Program-made: the position numbers and the translations under genes | The notes under the pieces: model-generated | Database searches by the model: none | What the model was told of the DNA's origin: nothing | Seen by the model: the letters and a program-made list of their open reading frames with translations, nothing else | DNA from: Alphaproteobacteria bacterium | Lineage (GTDB): Bacteria > Pseudomonadota > Alphaproteobacteria > UBA7887 | Length of the DNA stretch: 64,000 nucleotides | Reading direction: 5' to 3' | Assembly: GCA_965216755.1 (NCBI GenBank) | Contig: CBDCGL010000011.1 | Coordinates: 320,001-384,000 of the forward strand | Shown here: piece by piece, positions 21,908 through 32,189 of the stretch | Layout of the letters: the number at the start of each line of letters is the position of its first letter | Numbering within the stretch: the stretch's first letter is position 1

Positions 21908-23377
21908 ATGCATTTCGTCGCTCGAGCCGTTGTTCGATTCTGTGTCGCGGTCAGTATCGCCATCGCGCCGGTCCTATCGCCATTCGCGGCGGCACAGGAT
22001 TTGTCTGGCTTGTTCGGGGCGCTATTGTCGCCACAGCAAGAAGCGCAGATCGGCTCGGAACAACATCCACAGATTCTTCAGGAATTTGGCGGCGCCTATG
22101 ATGATCCTGAGCTGTCCGCCTATGTCGACAGCATCGGCCAGTTTCTCGCGCAGACGCAAGACCGATCTGATGTCAATTACACCTTCACGGTTCTAAACAG
22201 TCCGGTCGTCAATGCTTTCGCGCTGCCCGGCGGCTATGTCTATGTCACCCGTGGCTTATTGGCACTCGCCGACACCGAGGCGGAGCTTGCGGGCGTCTTG
22301 GCGCATGAGATCGGTCACGTCGCGGCCCGTCACGGCGCGGAACGCTATGGGCAGGGTGTGGTTGCGAACCTCGGCCTGACGTTACTAGGTATGGTCACGA
22401 AAAGTGAGGCAATTGCCGGCGTTGCGCAATTGGGGGCTTTGGCCGCGATTCAGGGTTACTCACGCGAACAAGAGCATGAGGCGGATTTCCTAGGCGTGCA
22501 ATATCTGAGCCGCGCCGGCTTCGACCCTGGCGCGATGTCTGGCTTTCTTAACAAACTGGGTGCGCACAGCCGCCTTCAGGGCGAAATATTGGGGCAATCG
22601 GACGCGGGCGGGTTCGATATCTTTGCAACCCATCCGCGCACAGCAGATCGTGTGCAGCGGGCCATCGCCGCGGCCGGGGTCCAAAGTGTACAAGATCCGA
22701 TTATCGCCCGTGACATCTACTTGGAGAAGATCGACGGTTTGCTTTTCGGCGACGACCCCAAACAAGGATTGGTTAAAGGTACGCGGTTCATTCACCCGGA
22801 TCTCGGTTTTGCGTTTGAGGTTCCGGACGGGTTTACCTTACTCAACGGTACGCAGCAGGTGTTGGCCCGGGGCCCCGATGGCGCCGTGATTCGTTTTGAT
22901 GCCGCGCCACGCGATGATGGACGCGGTCCGGTCGCACACCTATCCGAAGTCTGGGCACCAGACGCGAATTTGCGAAACATCGAACCTATTCGCATTAACG
23001 GGTTCGACGCCGCAACGGCGGCTGTGCGCAACGGCGAAGGCGCCGAGGCATTGGACACCCAATTGGTCGCGATCGCTTTCGATACGCAGACAATTTATCG
23101 GTTTCTCTTCGCGACGCCGCCCAATGTTACATCGGCAATGAATGAAGGCTTCCGGCGCACCACTTACAGCTTTCGTCGCTTAGCGCCTGGCGAGGTGGAC
23201 AACATTGAACCTCACCGCCTGACATTACGGCGCGTTCAGGCAGGGGAGTCTGTCGACCTTCTCAGCGCACGCTACCCGTTTCCCGACCATCAGCGCAGGC
23301 GATTTCAAGTCCTCAATGGCTTGACCGAGGGGCAAACGCTCGTCGAAGGTCAGCTGGTCAAGATGATCGTCGAATAA
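21908..23377 (+). CDS. M48 family zinc metalloprotease (BepA-like) with C-terminal LysM-like region
   Basis: NAFALPGG, ELAGVLAHEIGH, YSREQEHEAD, THP; start approximate. Confidence 0.9.
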   Translation: MHFVARAVVRFCVAVSIAIAPVLSPFAAAQDLSGLFGALLSPQQEAQIGSEQHPQILQEFGGAYDDPELSAYVDSIGQFLAQTQDRSDVNYTFTVLNSPVVNAFALPGGYVYVTRGLLALADTEAELAGVLAHEIGHVAARHGAERYGQGVVANLGLTLLGMVTKSEAIAGVAQLGALAAIQGYSREQEHEADFLGVQYLSRAGFDPGAMSGFLNKLGAHSRLQGEILGQSDAGGFDIFATHPRTADRVQRAIAAAGVQSVQDPIIARDIYLEKIDGLLFGDDPKQGLVKGTRFIHPDLGFAFEVPDGFTLLNGTQQVLARGPDGAVIRFDAAPRDDGRGPVAHLSEVWAPDANLRNIEPIRINGFDAATAAVRNGEGAEALDTQLVAIAFDTQTIYRFLFATPPNVTSAMNEGFRRTTYSFRRLAPGEVDNIEPHRLTLRRVQAGESVDLLSARYPFPDHQRRRFQVLNGLTEGQTLVEGQLVKMIVE

Positions 23378-23398
23378 ACAGCGACCCAACATCCGCCA

Positions 23399-23857
23399 CT
23401 AAAGAATTTCGTGCACACTGTAAGAGGGGCCGGCCGCACGTCGGTCGCCGACCCCGACGGCGCAGATGCGGTTTAGCCACGCATAGTCCGTCGCACCCGT
23501 TTCAAAGGCTGGGGTGATGCGAAAGTAATACTCGCTTGGCGGGACCGACTCGCCGCGTGACAAACGCTCTATAACCTCTTCAGGGCCATGGCGAATTCCC
23601 CGATATGTCATATAAATCAACGCTTCGTCATTGGTTTGCAAAGTAATCCGTACGTCTAGTTGTAGGGCGCCATCGGGCCGAGACAGGATCCAATCGCCAC
23701 CGCCGTCCAGGACCGTGCCTTTAAGGCGCGGGCCCTCAAATCGACCGCCATGCACACCAACGATGCGCCGTTCGCCGGAAGGGGTCAGCCCAATCAACTG
23801 CGGTGCGCCAACATTGATTTCTATGTCAAACAAATGTCGATGCTCCAATTCCAGCAT
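23399..23857 (-). CDS. DUF3237 family protein (internal start of a longer 278-aa frame)
   Basis: GGRFEGPRLKG.VL.GGGDW, LDVR..LQT.D, YYFRITP.FET...Y.WLN; AAGGGA RBS before ATG 23857. Confidence 0.85.
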   Translation of the reverse strand: MLELEHRHLFDIEINVGAPQLIGLTPSGERRIVGVHGGRFEGPRLKGTVLDGGGDWILSRPDGALQLDVRITLQTNDEALIYMTYRGIRHGPEEVIERLSRGESVPPSEYYFRITPAFETGATDYAWLNRICAVGVGDRRAAGPSYSVHEIL

Positions 23858-24235
23858 TGCTTCAATTCCCTTGTGCTGCGGTTTGGTTGCCGGTCGCTCC
23901 GGACTTTCGGCGGAACACTGCGCGTGTGTGCGGTCACCATTGTAGTGGAACAAGCGGCCAAGGTGACGCGTCAGGTCAGCGCCAAAGGCAGGATACCGCG
24001 CTCGTTGTCGACGTCCATTATGATAGGCCAATTGCCAGGCGTCATGTTGCGCCGTTGATTCGGTATAGGGATTCGGTAGATCAACACCTCCCCACATGCC
24101 GTAAACGCCCGCGACATAGGCCGCCATATGGACATCCTCGTCCGGCAATGACTCGCACAGGATGGCCAAGGTACGCAGGTGAGCGTCGTGGACACGACAC
24201 GCGCGCAAAGCGTCCACGGTAGGATGGTCAATCAT
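23858..24235 (-). CDS. Upstream in-frame domain with RMF/CrpP-like motif, reading into DUF3237 without a stop
   Basis: AGGGA RBS before ATG 24235; AYVAG...G...NPY....QHDAWQLAYHNG. Confidence 0.5.
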
Positions 24236-24464
24236 TACCGATCCCTATCGCCGAATTTGCCGAGCTCCGAGACCGACCGGACTACAGGTTGGCGACTAGC
24301 CGGTCCAGTTATCCCGTCACATATTGTACGACGATGACGGACGCGGCTGTATTTCATACGGTTCTCGTTCAGGACTTGGTCGCCGCGCCAGGCACCCATG
24401 CAACCTGTGTAAACTTGACCGAGCCATTGTCCGAAATCAGCCGCAATCAGGAGACGAACGCTTC

Positions 24465-25964
24465 ATGACCCACCAGCTGTGCGTCGCAATAGGCGGATTC
24501 CTTCACGAAACCAACACGTTCGCACCCAAAACAGCTGATTTCGAAGCGTTCGAAACGGCCGATGGCTGGCCCGCACTATCTCGTGGCGATTCGCTTTTCG
24601 ATGCGGTCGAGGGAATGAACTTGGGTGTCTCAGGGTTTGTCGATGCCGCCTTGGCGCAAGGCTACCACCTTGCGCCCACGGTATGGTGTTCCGCCGTGCC
24701 GTCGGCGCATGTGGAGCAGGACGCGTACGAGCGTGTCGCCGATATGATCTTATCGGACCTGTCGTCTCGGCGCCCTTTCGATGCTGTTTACCTCGATCTT
24801 CACGGCGCCATGGTCGCGACGCACCTGGAAGACGGCGAGGGTGAACTTTTGCGCCGGGTGCGCGATTTCGTCGGTGACGAGATCCCCATCGTTGCCAGCT
24901 TGGACATGCATGCCAACATCACCCCGACCATGGTCGCGATGGCCGATGGTCTGATTGCCTACCGGACCTATCCGCACATTGACATGGCCGCGACCGGACG
25001 AAGAGTGGCGACATTCTTGGACCGCCGCTTTGCTGGTGCACGGCCCAAGGTCGCGGCCCGCAAGTCCGATTACCTCATGCCCTTGGTTTGGCAATCGACC
25101 GATATCGACCCCTGTCGATCACTCTATGCTCGGATCGATGAATTGGAGGCGGCGCGCGCCGAACTCTGGTCGCTGTCTCTTGCAGCTGGTTTTCCGCCCG
25201 CGGATATCGCCGATGTTGGGCCTATGGTACTCGCCTACGCCGACCAGCAGCGGCAGGCGGACGCAGCGGCTGACATCCTGGCTGGTGCTGTGGCAGCAGC
25301 TGAACCGGCATTTGCCGGCCAAGTCTATACACCTGACGAGGCTGTGGCCTATGCGCTGGCATCGGCAAAAGGGCCCGTGATCATTGCCGACACACAAGAC
25401 AACTCGGGCGCCGGTGGTCAATCGGACACGATGGGTATGTTTCGCGCCCTGGTGCGCGCCGGCGCGCGCGATGCGTTGCTCGGCCTGATCTGCGATCCAG
25501 AGGTCGCGGCAGGCGCGCACCTGGTCGGCGAGGGCGAATCGATGACAGCCGATCTTGGCGCCAAAGTGCCCTGGCAGGGCGAGACGCCTTTCCACGGACA
25601 ATTCGAAGTCATCGCTTTGGGCGATGGAAACTTCCGCGCCACCGGCCCGATGTTTGGCGGATCACGGATGCAGCTTGGTCCGATGGCGTGGTTGCGTCAC
25701 CAGGGAATCGACGTGGTTGTGTCGTCTAAGAAGATGCAGGCTGCTGACCGGTCGATGTTTCGCCATGTCGGCATCGATCCGGAACGACGCAAGATTGTCG
25801 TCCTCAAGAGCTCGGTCCATTTCCGCGCTGACTTCGCGCCCGTCGCCGCGGAGATCATCATTGCCGCGGCCCCCGGTCCGAATGCGGTTGATAACCGAGA
25901 CTTGCCCTATCGGCACATCCGATCCGATGTCCGCGTCATGCCACGCAAGATCGGCGGCGACTGA
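24465..25964 (+). CDS. M81 family metallopeptidase (MlrC-like)
   Basis: HETNTF, LDLHGAM, SLDMHAN, YRTYPHID, DTQDN.GAG, KSSVHFRA; AGGAG RBS. Confidence 0.92.
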   Translation: MTHQLCVAIGGFLHETNTFAPKTADFEAFETADGWPALSRGDSLFDAVEGMNLGVSGFVDAALAQGYHLAPTVWCSAVPSAHVEQDAYERVADMILSDLSSRRPFDAVYLDLHGAMVATHLEDGEGELLRRVRDFVGDEIPIVASLDMHANITPTMVAMADGLIAYRTYPHIDMAATGRRVATFLDRRFAGARPKVAARKSDYLMPLVWQSTDIDPCRSLYARIDELEAARAELWSLSLAAGFPPADIADVGPMVLAYADQQRQADAAADILAGAVAAAEPAFAGQVYTPDEAVAYALASAKGPVIIADTQDNSGAGGQSDTMGMFRALVRAGARDALLGLICDPEVAAGAHLVGEGESMTADLGAKVPWQGETPFHGQFEVIALGDGNFRATGPMFGGSRMQLGPMAWLRHQGIDVVVSSKKMQAADRSMFRHVGIDPERRKIVVLKSSVHFRADFAPVAAEIIIAAAPGPNAVDNRDLPYRHIRSDVRVMPRKIGGD

Positions 25965-26084
25965 TCTCGTAACCCCTTTCGCTTCCGTTCCGCGTGTTGT
26001 CCTTCAGTGCACCGGCGGCGATCCGCCACGGCGTGGCGATTGTGCGTGGGTCAATGTCAGCTCAATTGCAAGGAAGTGACGCGC

Positions 26085-26501
26085 ATGAAGATGTTAACCA
26101 ATGTCAAATGGTCCATTGCCGTTTTGGGGCTTGCAACCACGTTCGTGCTCGGCAACGTAAATGCCTCCGACGCCCAGTCGCGCCAGGTGATCGTGAATGG
26201 CGTCCTGCTGGACGCAAAGACACTTCTGTACCTCGACCGCGCCGTCGGCGGCCTGGTTCCTGACGGTGCCTATTGGCTCGATGTGGCCACTGGGATCTGG
26301 GGATATGCCGGCGACATGACGCCGCAAGGCCAAATCGGTGGTGGGACGTATGCCCAGGGCAGCGGCGTGGGTGAGGTTTATTCTGGTGGCGCCAGCGCCT
26401 ATCGGAATGCAACGACGGGGATCGGCGTCATCACCGATCCCAACGCCGGCGGCTGCGGCTATAGCGAATGTTGGGAGGACCAGGTCTTCATTACAGATTG
26501 A
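26085..26501 (+). CDS. Secreted hypothetical protein with GxYWxDxxxGxWGxxG motif
   Basis: AAGGA RBS, signal peptide, VNG...DGAYWLDVATGIWGYAG. Confidence 0.7.
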   Translation: MKMLTNVKWSIAVLGLATTFVLGNVNASDAQSRQVIVNGVLLDAKTLLYLDRAVGGLVPDGAYWLDVATGIWGYAGDMTPQGQIGGGTYAQGSGVGEVYSGGASAYRNATTGIGVITDPNAGGCGYSECWEDQVFITD

Positions 26502-27474
26502 TCTTTAGCGGTCGAGATCGGAGCGCGTGGTCGTCATCACTAGCGCGAGACTGCGTTCCGTCCCGGCCGTTTCCTGATCGCGGCTTCAGGGCCATGAGCA
26601 TGCCAAGGAGTATCAAAACAAAACCGGCGAGGTGAAACCAGCGCAAGGCCTCACCCAGCAAAGTCATGGCGAGAATTACGCCAAAAACTGGCATCAAATG
26701 AATGAACAAGGTGCCACGATTGGCGCCAATAAGGGATATGCCCTTGGCCCAAAAGTAGTAGGCGAGGACCGACGGAAAAATGCCAACGTAAAGTACCGCC
26801 AACACGGTGTTGCGGTCGAACAGCATTGATTTCGACAACACACTTTCAGCGACATAGACAGGTGCGGTCGGCAGCAAGCCAAACAGGACCACGGCGGCTA
26901 GGAACGTCAGTTGGTCCAGGGCAGGCGGACGCAACCGAAGCATCGCGGTATAGGTGGCGTAGCTCAACATGCCGAGCATCATCCACAGGTCGCCCACGGA
27001 AACGGTCAGGGTCATCAAGGCATGGGCACTACCTTTGCCGATAATTGTGAGTGCGCCAACGCTTGAGACAAATATTCCTAAGCCCTGACGCGACGTAATG
27101 CCATTGCGAAAGAAAGCCCAACTCATGGCGACGACGCAAATGGGCATCAGTGTATTGAGCACCGACACGTTGATCGCCGTCGTCGTCTGCATGGCGACAT
27201 AGGCGAAGGAATTGAAACACGTGACACCCAGGATCCCGAATATCGTAAGAAGTTTCCAATGCGCCTTGAGCGTCTGCACATTGTTCAAAAGACTGCGCCA
27301 CGTGAAAGGTAACAGCACCAAAAGAGCCACCAGCCAGCGCCAAAAATTAAGCCCGAGCGGCGGAATATGGTCAGCGAGCCCGCGCCCGACGATGACATTC
27401 CCGGCCCAAAACAATGCGGTGAAAGTAAGGAGCAAATAAGCGAGGCGCCGGCCGTCTTCGCGTTCGGCAGTCAA
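26491..27474 (-). CDS. DMT/EamA family transporter
   Basis: About 10 hydrophobic segments, FWAGN, two EamA halves, LGE.L...H..G. Confidence 0.9.
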   Translation of the reverse strand: MTAEREDGRRLAYLLLTFTALFWAGNVIVGRGLADHIPPLGLNFWRWLVALLVLLPFTWRSLLNNVQTLKAHWKLLTIFGILGVTCFNSFAYVAMQTTTAINVSVLNTLMPICVVAMSWAFFRNGITSRQGLGIFVSSVGALTIIGKGSAHALMTLTVSVGDLWMMLGMLSYATYTAMLRLRPPALDQLTFLAAVVLFGLLPTAPVYVAESVLSKSMLFDRNTVLAVLYVGIFPSVLAYYFWAKGISLIGANRGTLFIHLMPVFGVILAMTLLGEALRWFHLAGFVLILLGMLMALKPRSGNGRDGTQSRASDDDHALRSRPLKINL

Positions 27475-27893
27475 GATGCCTCGGTCTCGCTACCATTGGG
27501 TAGGCGAGGTAGGTCGTCGGAAAGTTGCAGCCACGGGACCCGATCCGTATTCCAAATATGTCGTTCGGGCCGGAAGCTCGTTGGATCGTCAAACGTCGAC
27601 AATGTCAGGTCAATTTCGTCCGTGCGTTTCAGCTGTTGGAACCAGATTTGGGTACCGCAGTCGGGGCAGAAGCCGCGCCGCGCCCATGTTGACGAAGCGT
27701 ATTCGCGCGTCACTTTTTCTCTGCTGAACGTCACGGCGCCAGCGGGAAAAGTTGCCCAAGTGACGACCGGCGCGCCGCTCGCGCGTCGACACAGGCTGCA
27801 GTGACAGTGCACCACACTCGTTGCCGGTCCCGCCGCGCGATAGCGGATAGCACCGCAAAGACACCCGCCCGAAAAGGATGTGGTTTCATTCAT
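27471..27893 (-). CDS. GFA (glutathione-dependent formaldehyde-activating) family protein
   Basis: GGCLCGAIRY, CHCSLCRR, RGFCPDCG; ATGA overlap with xth. Confidence 0.92.
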   Translation of the reverse strand: MNETTSFSGGCLCGAIRYRAAGPATSVVHCHCSLCRRASGAPVVTWATFPAGAVTFSREKVTREYASSTWARRGFCPDCGTQIWFQQLKRTDEIDLTLSTFDDPTSFRPERHIWNTDRVPWLQLSDDLPRLPNGSETEAS

Positions 27894-28678
27894 GCCGCGT
27901 CGGCCAATTCGCACCAGACCGGTGTGTGGTCCGATGCCTTTTTTTCAGCGCGCGGTGCGGCATCGATATCGCACGCGACTAGGCGATCGGCCGCTTGCGG
28001 CGACAGTAGCAAGTGGTCAATACGGATCCCCTGATCGGCCTGAAAGGCGCGGCCTTGATAGTCCCAGAACGAATATCGACCCGTTTCTTGGTGTAGTGCG
28101 CGGAAGGCTTCGGTATAGCCGCGGTACAATAAAGCTCGGAACTTGGCCTTGGTTTCCGGACGAAACAGCGCATCGTCGACCCACGCGGCGGGATCGTAAA
28201 CGTCGCCGTCGGCCGGAATCACGTTGTAGTCGCCTCCTAAGACAATCGGTTCTTCGTTCAGGAGCAGCGATTCGGCGTGCGTGCGCAAGCGATCCATCCA
28301 ATCCAGTTTGTATTGGAATTTCTCGGACGGCGTTGGATTTCCGTTTGGCAAATAGATGGACGCAACCCTGACCCCGCTGGCACCCGCATCCACCCATGCC
28401 TCCACATAGCGCGCCTGCGCGTCTGTTTCGTCACCAGGTAGTAGCTCAACCACATCATCAAGGCCGAATTTCGAGAGAATCGCGACTCCATTGTACGATT
28501 TCTGACCGACCACCGCGCAATTGTAGCCAAGCGCCTCGATCTCAAGATAGGGAAAGCCGTCCGCAACGGTCTTGATCTCCTGGAGTAGTGCGACGTCCGG
28601 CTTTGCTTCATCCAACCACGCGATGACATTGCCGATCCGTGCCTTGATCGAATTGACGTTCCACGTTGCGATTCTCAC
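27890..28678 (-). CDS. xth: Exodeoxyribonuclease III
   Basis: ATWNVNS, LQEIK, YNGVAILS, YLPNG, GDYN, RIDH, SDH. Confidence 0.96.
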   Translation of the reverse strand: MRIATWNVNSIKARIGNVIAWLDEAKPDVALLQEIKTVADGFPYLEIEALGYNCAVVGQKSYNGVAILSKFGLDDVVELLPGDETDAQARYVEAWVDAGASGVRVASIYLPNGNPTPSEKFQYKLDWMDRLRTHAESLLLNEEPIVLGGDYNVIPADGDVYDPAAWVDDALFRPETKAKFRALLYRGYTEAFRALHQETGRYSFWDYQGRAFQADQGIRIDHLLLSPQAADRLVACDIDAAPRAEKKASDHTPVWCELADAA

Positions 28679-28713
28679 GCGATCACGCCTTTCATGGCTG
28701 TGGGTCAAGGAAC

Positions 28714-28740
28714 AAAAAAGCCCGCTTTGTCAGCGGGCTT
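28714..28740 (-). terminator. Rho-independent terminator after erpA
   Basis: AAGCCCGCT/AGCGGGCTT stem with a minus-strand U-tract. Confidence 0.8.
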
Positions 28741-28774
28741 CAAAAACTAGCATGTCGGCGCGGGTCGAGGCCAG

Positions 28775-29134
28775 TCAGCCTATGGAAAATGATGTTCCGC
28801 ATCCGCAAGACGCGGTGGCATTAGGGTTCTTAATGACGAACATAGCGCCGGCAAGATCCTCTTCCCAATCGATCTGCGACCCCTGCAACATCGAAAGCGA
28901 CATTTCGTCCACGATCAAAACCGCGCCGTCGCGCTCAAGCAATAAATCATCCGCATTGCGGGTATCGTCCAAGGCGAAGCCGTATTGGAATCCAGAACAA
29001 CCACCACCAGATACCGCTACGCGAAGCATGACCGGCTTGGGCTCCTGATCGACGATCCGGTTGATGCGCGCGGCAGCGTCGGCCGTCATGGATAGACCGT
29101 AGTCCGCTGCCGATTTCGCCTTAATCTCGCCCAT
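28775..29134 (-). CDS. erpA: A-type Fe-S carrier (HesB/IscA/ErpA)
   Basis: GGGCSGFQY, NPNA..SCGCGTSF; xth-erpA/dgt synteny. Confidence 0.93.
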   Translation of the reverse strand: MGEIKAKSAADYGLSMTADAAARINRIVDQEPKPVMLRVAVSGGGCSGFQYGFALDDTRNADDLLLERDGAVLIVDEMSLSMLQGSQIDWEEDLAGAMFVIKNPNATASCGCGTSFSIG

Positions 29135-29171
29135 GTCCGTGCGTGTCCAGCCAAATGCGAATGTGAACCAC

Positions 29172-29199
29172 TATCTAGTGACGATATCACAGAAGTCAA
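29172..29199 (-). promoter_or_regulatory. Putative sigma70 promoter of erpA
   Basis: TTGACT-N16-TAGATA on the minus strand. Confidence 0.45.
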
Positions 29200-29271
29200 T
29201 CGGCGGAAATCGACGCGCGCTTCGTCAATGATCCGTTGATCCGCTAACCACGGATGGATACTGTCCGCGCC

Positions 29272-30438
29272 ATGCTTTCGACTGTACCGTCAACGTGTTA
29301 CGCCACGCGTCCGGCCGAAAGTCGTGGGCGTCTTCACAATGAGGAAGAAAGCCCCACGCGGACGTGTTTTCAGCGTGATCGTGATCGGGTCATCCACTGC
29401 GCGGCCTTCAGGCGCTTGGAACACAAGACCCAGGTATTTGTTTATCACGAGGGTGACAACTACCGGTCCAGATTGACCCACAGCATTGAAGTCGCGCAGA
29501 TCGCGCGCTCCGTGAGCCGAGAACTTGGCCTCAACGAGGATCTCGCCGAGGCCGTGGCGTTGGCGCACGACCTGGGTCATACACCATTCGGCCATGCCGG
29601 GGAATTCGCGTTGGACGCGGCCATGGCGCCCTATGGAGGGTTCGGTCACAATGCCCAGACATTGAGGATCGTTACCCATTTGGAGCGCCGGTACGCGGCT
29701 TTTGACGGGCTCAATTTGACCTGGGAAACGCTGGAAGGCGTCGTCAAGCATAACGGTCCAGTGGCGGCCGACGCAGTCCATGAAACAGTGCGACAATACG
29801 ACGCGCGTCACGACCTAGAGCTCGGGACATTTCCAGGTCCAGAGGCGCAGGTCGCCGCTCTCGCCGACGATATCGCATACAATAACCATGACCTTGACGA
29901 TGCTCTGCGCGCCGGCTTGTTTCGAATTGAAGATTTGGCCGACGTGCCTCTCGTTGGGGATACGTTTCGAGACGTTTCGAAATGGTACCCGGATATTGAA
30001 AGATCGCGCCAAATCAATGAGGTCACACGTCGATTGATTACGTACATGGTCAACGATCTAGTCACTGAGACACGCGCCAGGGCCAAGCGCTTCGGTCCGC
30101 AGACAGTTGCCGATGTCCGCGCGCTCAATGAGCCGCTGGTGAACTTCTCGGACGAAATGCGTGCGCGCGACCGGACTTTGAAGCAATTTCTCCACGAACA
30201 CATGTATCGGCACTATCGGGTCAGTCGCATGACGAGCAAAGCGCGCCGGGTCGTCGCCGATTTGTTTGCACTGTTCATCGACGAACCGCAGTGCTTGCCA
30301 ACTGATTGGCGTCGTCGCGCCGGTGTTGCGCGAAGCGCTGAGACGGCGCGCCTTGTCTGTGATTATATTGCCGGTATGACCGACCGCTATGCCCAAGAAG
30401 AGCATGCGCGACTCTTCGATTTGACGGCGCGCGTGTGA
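29272..30438 (+). CDS. dgt: Deoxyguanosinetriphosphate triphosphohydrolase
   Basis: [42 protein letters not shown]; alternative start 29254. Confidence 0.95.
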   Translation: MLSTVPSTCYATRPAESRGRLHNEEESPTRTCFQRDRDRVIHCAAFRRLEHKTQVFVYHEGDNYRSRLTHSIEVAQIARSVSRELGLNEDLAEAVALAHDLGHTPFGHAGEFALDAAMAPYGGFGHNAQTLRIVTHLERRYAAFDGLNLTWETLEGVVKHNGPVAADAVHETVRQYDARHDLELGTFPGPEAQVAALADDIAYNNHDLDDALRAGLFRIEDLADVPLVGDTFRDVSKWYPDIERSRQINEVTRRLITYMVNDLVTETRARAKRFGPQTVADVRALNEPLVNFSDEMRARDRTLKQFLHEHMYRHYRVSRMTSKARRVVADLFALFIDEPQCLPTDWRRRAGVARSAETARLVCDYIAGMTDRYAQEEHARLFDLTARV

Positions 30439-32189
30439 TGGATATCTACGCTGCGTTCCGCGATCACATCGACAACGCCTTGGTCGCCCTGTGTCGCGAT
30501 CGTCAATTGGCAGCTGACCAATTGCCAGGCACTTGGTCGGTCGAACCGCCGCGCGATGAGGCACATGGCGACTTGTCCACAAATGTGGCGTTGGTGCTGG
30601 CCAAGCCGGCGAAGACCAACCCGCGTGCTCTCGCTGAGGTTGTCGCCAGCCATCTTGAGTCATTGCCAGAAGTCGCGTCGACCGCCATAGCGGGGCCGGG
30701 ATTTATCAATATTCGCCTGACCGACCGGTGCTGGCGATCGGTGTTGGCCGCGCTGTTGGCGTTGGATGCGCCCTTCGGCGCTAGCGCGATTGGGGCACGT
30801 CGAAAAGTCAACGTCGAGTATGTCTCAGCCAATCCAACGGGGCCGATGCATGTCGGCCATGCCCGTGGCGCGGTGTTTGGCGACGTCTTGGCTTCGCTGC
30901 TGGAGTTCTGCGGATATGACGTAACACGCGAGTACTATGTCAACGATGCGGGCGCGCAAGTCGCGGCCTTGGCGCGATCAGTGCACGTGCGCTATCGCGA
31001 GGCGCTTGGCGAGGCGATCGACGAGATTCCGGAGGGGCTCTATCCTGGCGACTACTTGATCCCGGTTGGTCGGGCGCTGGCGGGCGAACATGGCGATCGT
31101 TATCGAGACGCGCACGAAGACGAGTGGCTCGGGTTGTTCAAAGACGCCGCGATTGTGGCGATGATGGCCGCCATTCGGTCCGACTTGGACGCCGTTGGTA
31201 TTACGTTCGATCATTTCGCGTCGGAAAGCGCTTTGGTCCAGTCCGGCCAAGTCGAAGACGTTCTCGCCGCGTTGCAAGACAATGGCATGATCTACACGGG
31301 TGTTCTAGAACCGCCAAAGGGCAAAACACCCGATGATTGGGAACCGCGCCCGCAGACATTGTTCCGCTCCACGCGGTTTGGCGACGATGTCGATCGACCA
31401 GTGCGCAAGTCCGACGGCTCGTGGACATATTTTGCAACGGACATGGCCTACCACCGCGACAAATTTCGGCGTGGATTTTCGGACATGATCGATGTATGGG
31501 GCGCGGACCACGGCGGCTATGTCAAACGTATGAAGGCGGCCGTTGCTGCGCTGACCGATGGCAAGGCAGAGCTTGATGTCAAACTCTGTCAATTGGTCCA
31601 TATATTGGACAATGGTGAGCCAGTGAAGATGTCCAAACGCGCCGGGAGTTTTGTCACGTTGCGCGATGTCGTCGACGCTGTGGGCAGGGATGTGGTGCGC
31701 TTCATCATGCTAACGCGTCGCAATGACGCGACCTTAGACTTCGATCTTGCGAAAGTAACTGAGCAATCGCGTGACAATCCTGTGTTTTATGTTCAGTATG
31801 CGCACGCGCGGGTACGATCCGTGTTTCGCAATGCGGCGTCATTGAACCTGTCGCGTGATGTCGTCGCCAACGTGGTTGATGCACCCTTGGATCAATTGCG
31901 ACACCCTGAAGAGCTGGCTCTGATAAAGCGCATCGCTGCGTGGCCACGTATAGTTGAGGCAGCCGCACTTGCGCACGAGCCGCATCGTCTTGTCTTCTAC
32001 CTCCAGGAATTGGCCGCAGCCTTTCACGGATTGTGGAACAAGGGCAACGATAACCCAAATTTGCGATTTATAGTTGAAACGAATGCCGACCTAACCCATG
32101 CCCGTCTAGCATTGATAGAAGGTGTAAGAAAGGTCATCGCATGCGGATTAGGCATAGTCGGCGTGACACCCGTTGAGGAGATGCGATAA
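30438..32189 (+). CDS. argS: Arginine--tRNA ligase
   Basis: [38 protein letters not shown]. Confidence 0.97.
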   Translation: MDIYAAFRDHIDNALVALCRDRQLAADQLPGTWSVEPPRDEAHGDLSTNVALVLAKPAKTNPRALAEVVASHLESLPEVASTAIAGPGFINIRLTDRCWRSVLAALLALDAPFGASAIGARRKVNVEYVSANPTGPMHVGHARGAVFGDVLASLLEFCGYDVTREYYVNDAGAQVAALARSVHVRYREALGEAIDEIPEGLYPGDYLIPVGRALAGEHGDRYRDAHEDEWLGLFKDAAIVAMMAAIRSDLDAVGITFDHFASESALVQSGQVEDVLAALQDNGMIYTGVLEPPKGKTPDDWEPRPQTLFRSTRFGDDVDRPVRKSDGSWTYFATDMAYHRDKFRRGFSDMIDVWGADHGGYVKRMKAAVAALTDGKAELDVKLCQLVHILDNGEPVKMSKRAGSFVTLRDVVDAVGRDVVRFIMLTRRNDATLDFDLAKVTEQSRDNPVFYVQYAHARVRSVFRNAASLNLSRDVVANVVDAPLDQLRHPEELALIKRIAAWPRIVEAAALAHEPHRLVFYLQELAAAFHGLWNKGNDNPNLRFIVETNADLTHARLALIEGVRKVIACGLGIVGVTPVEEMR

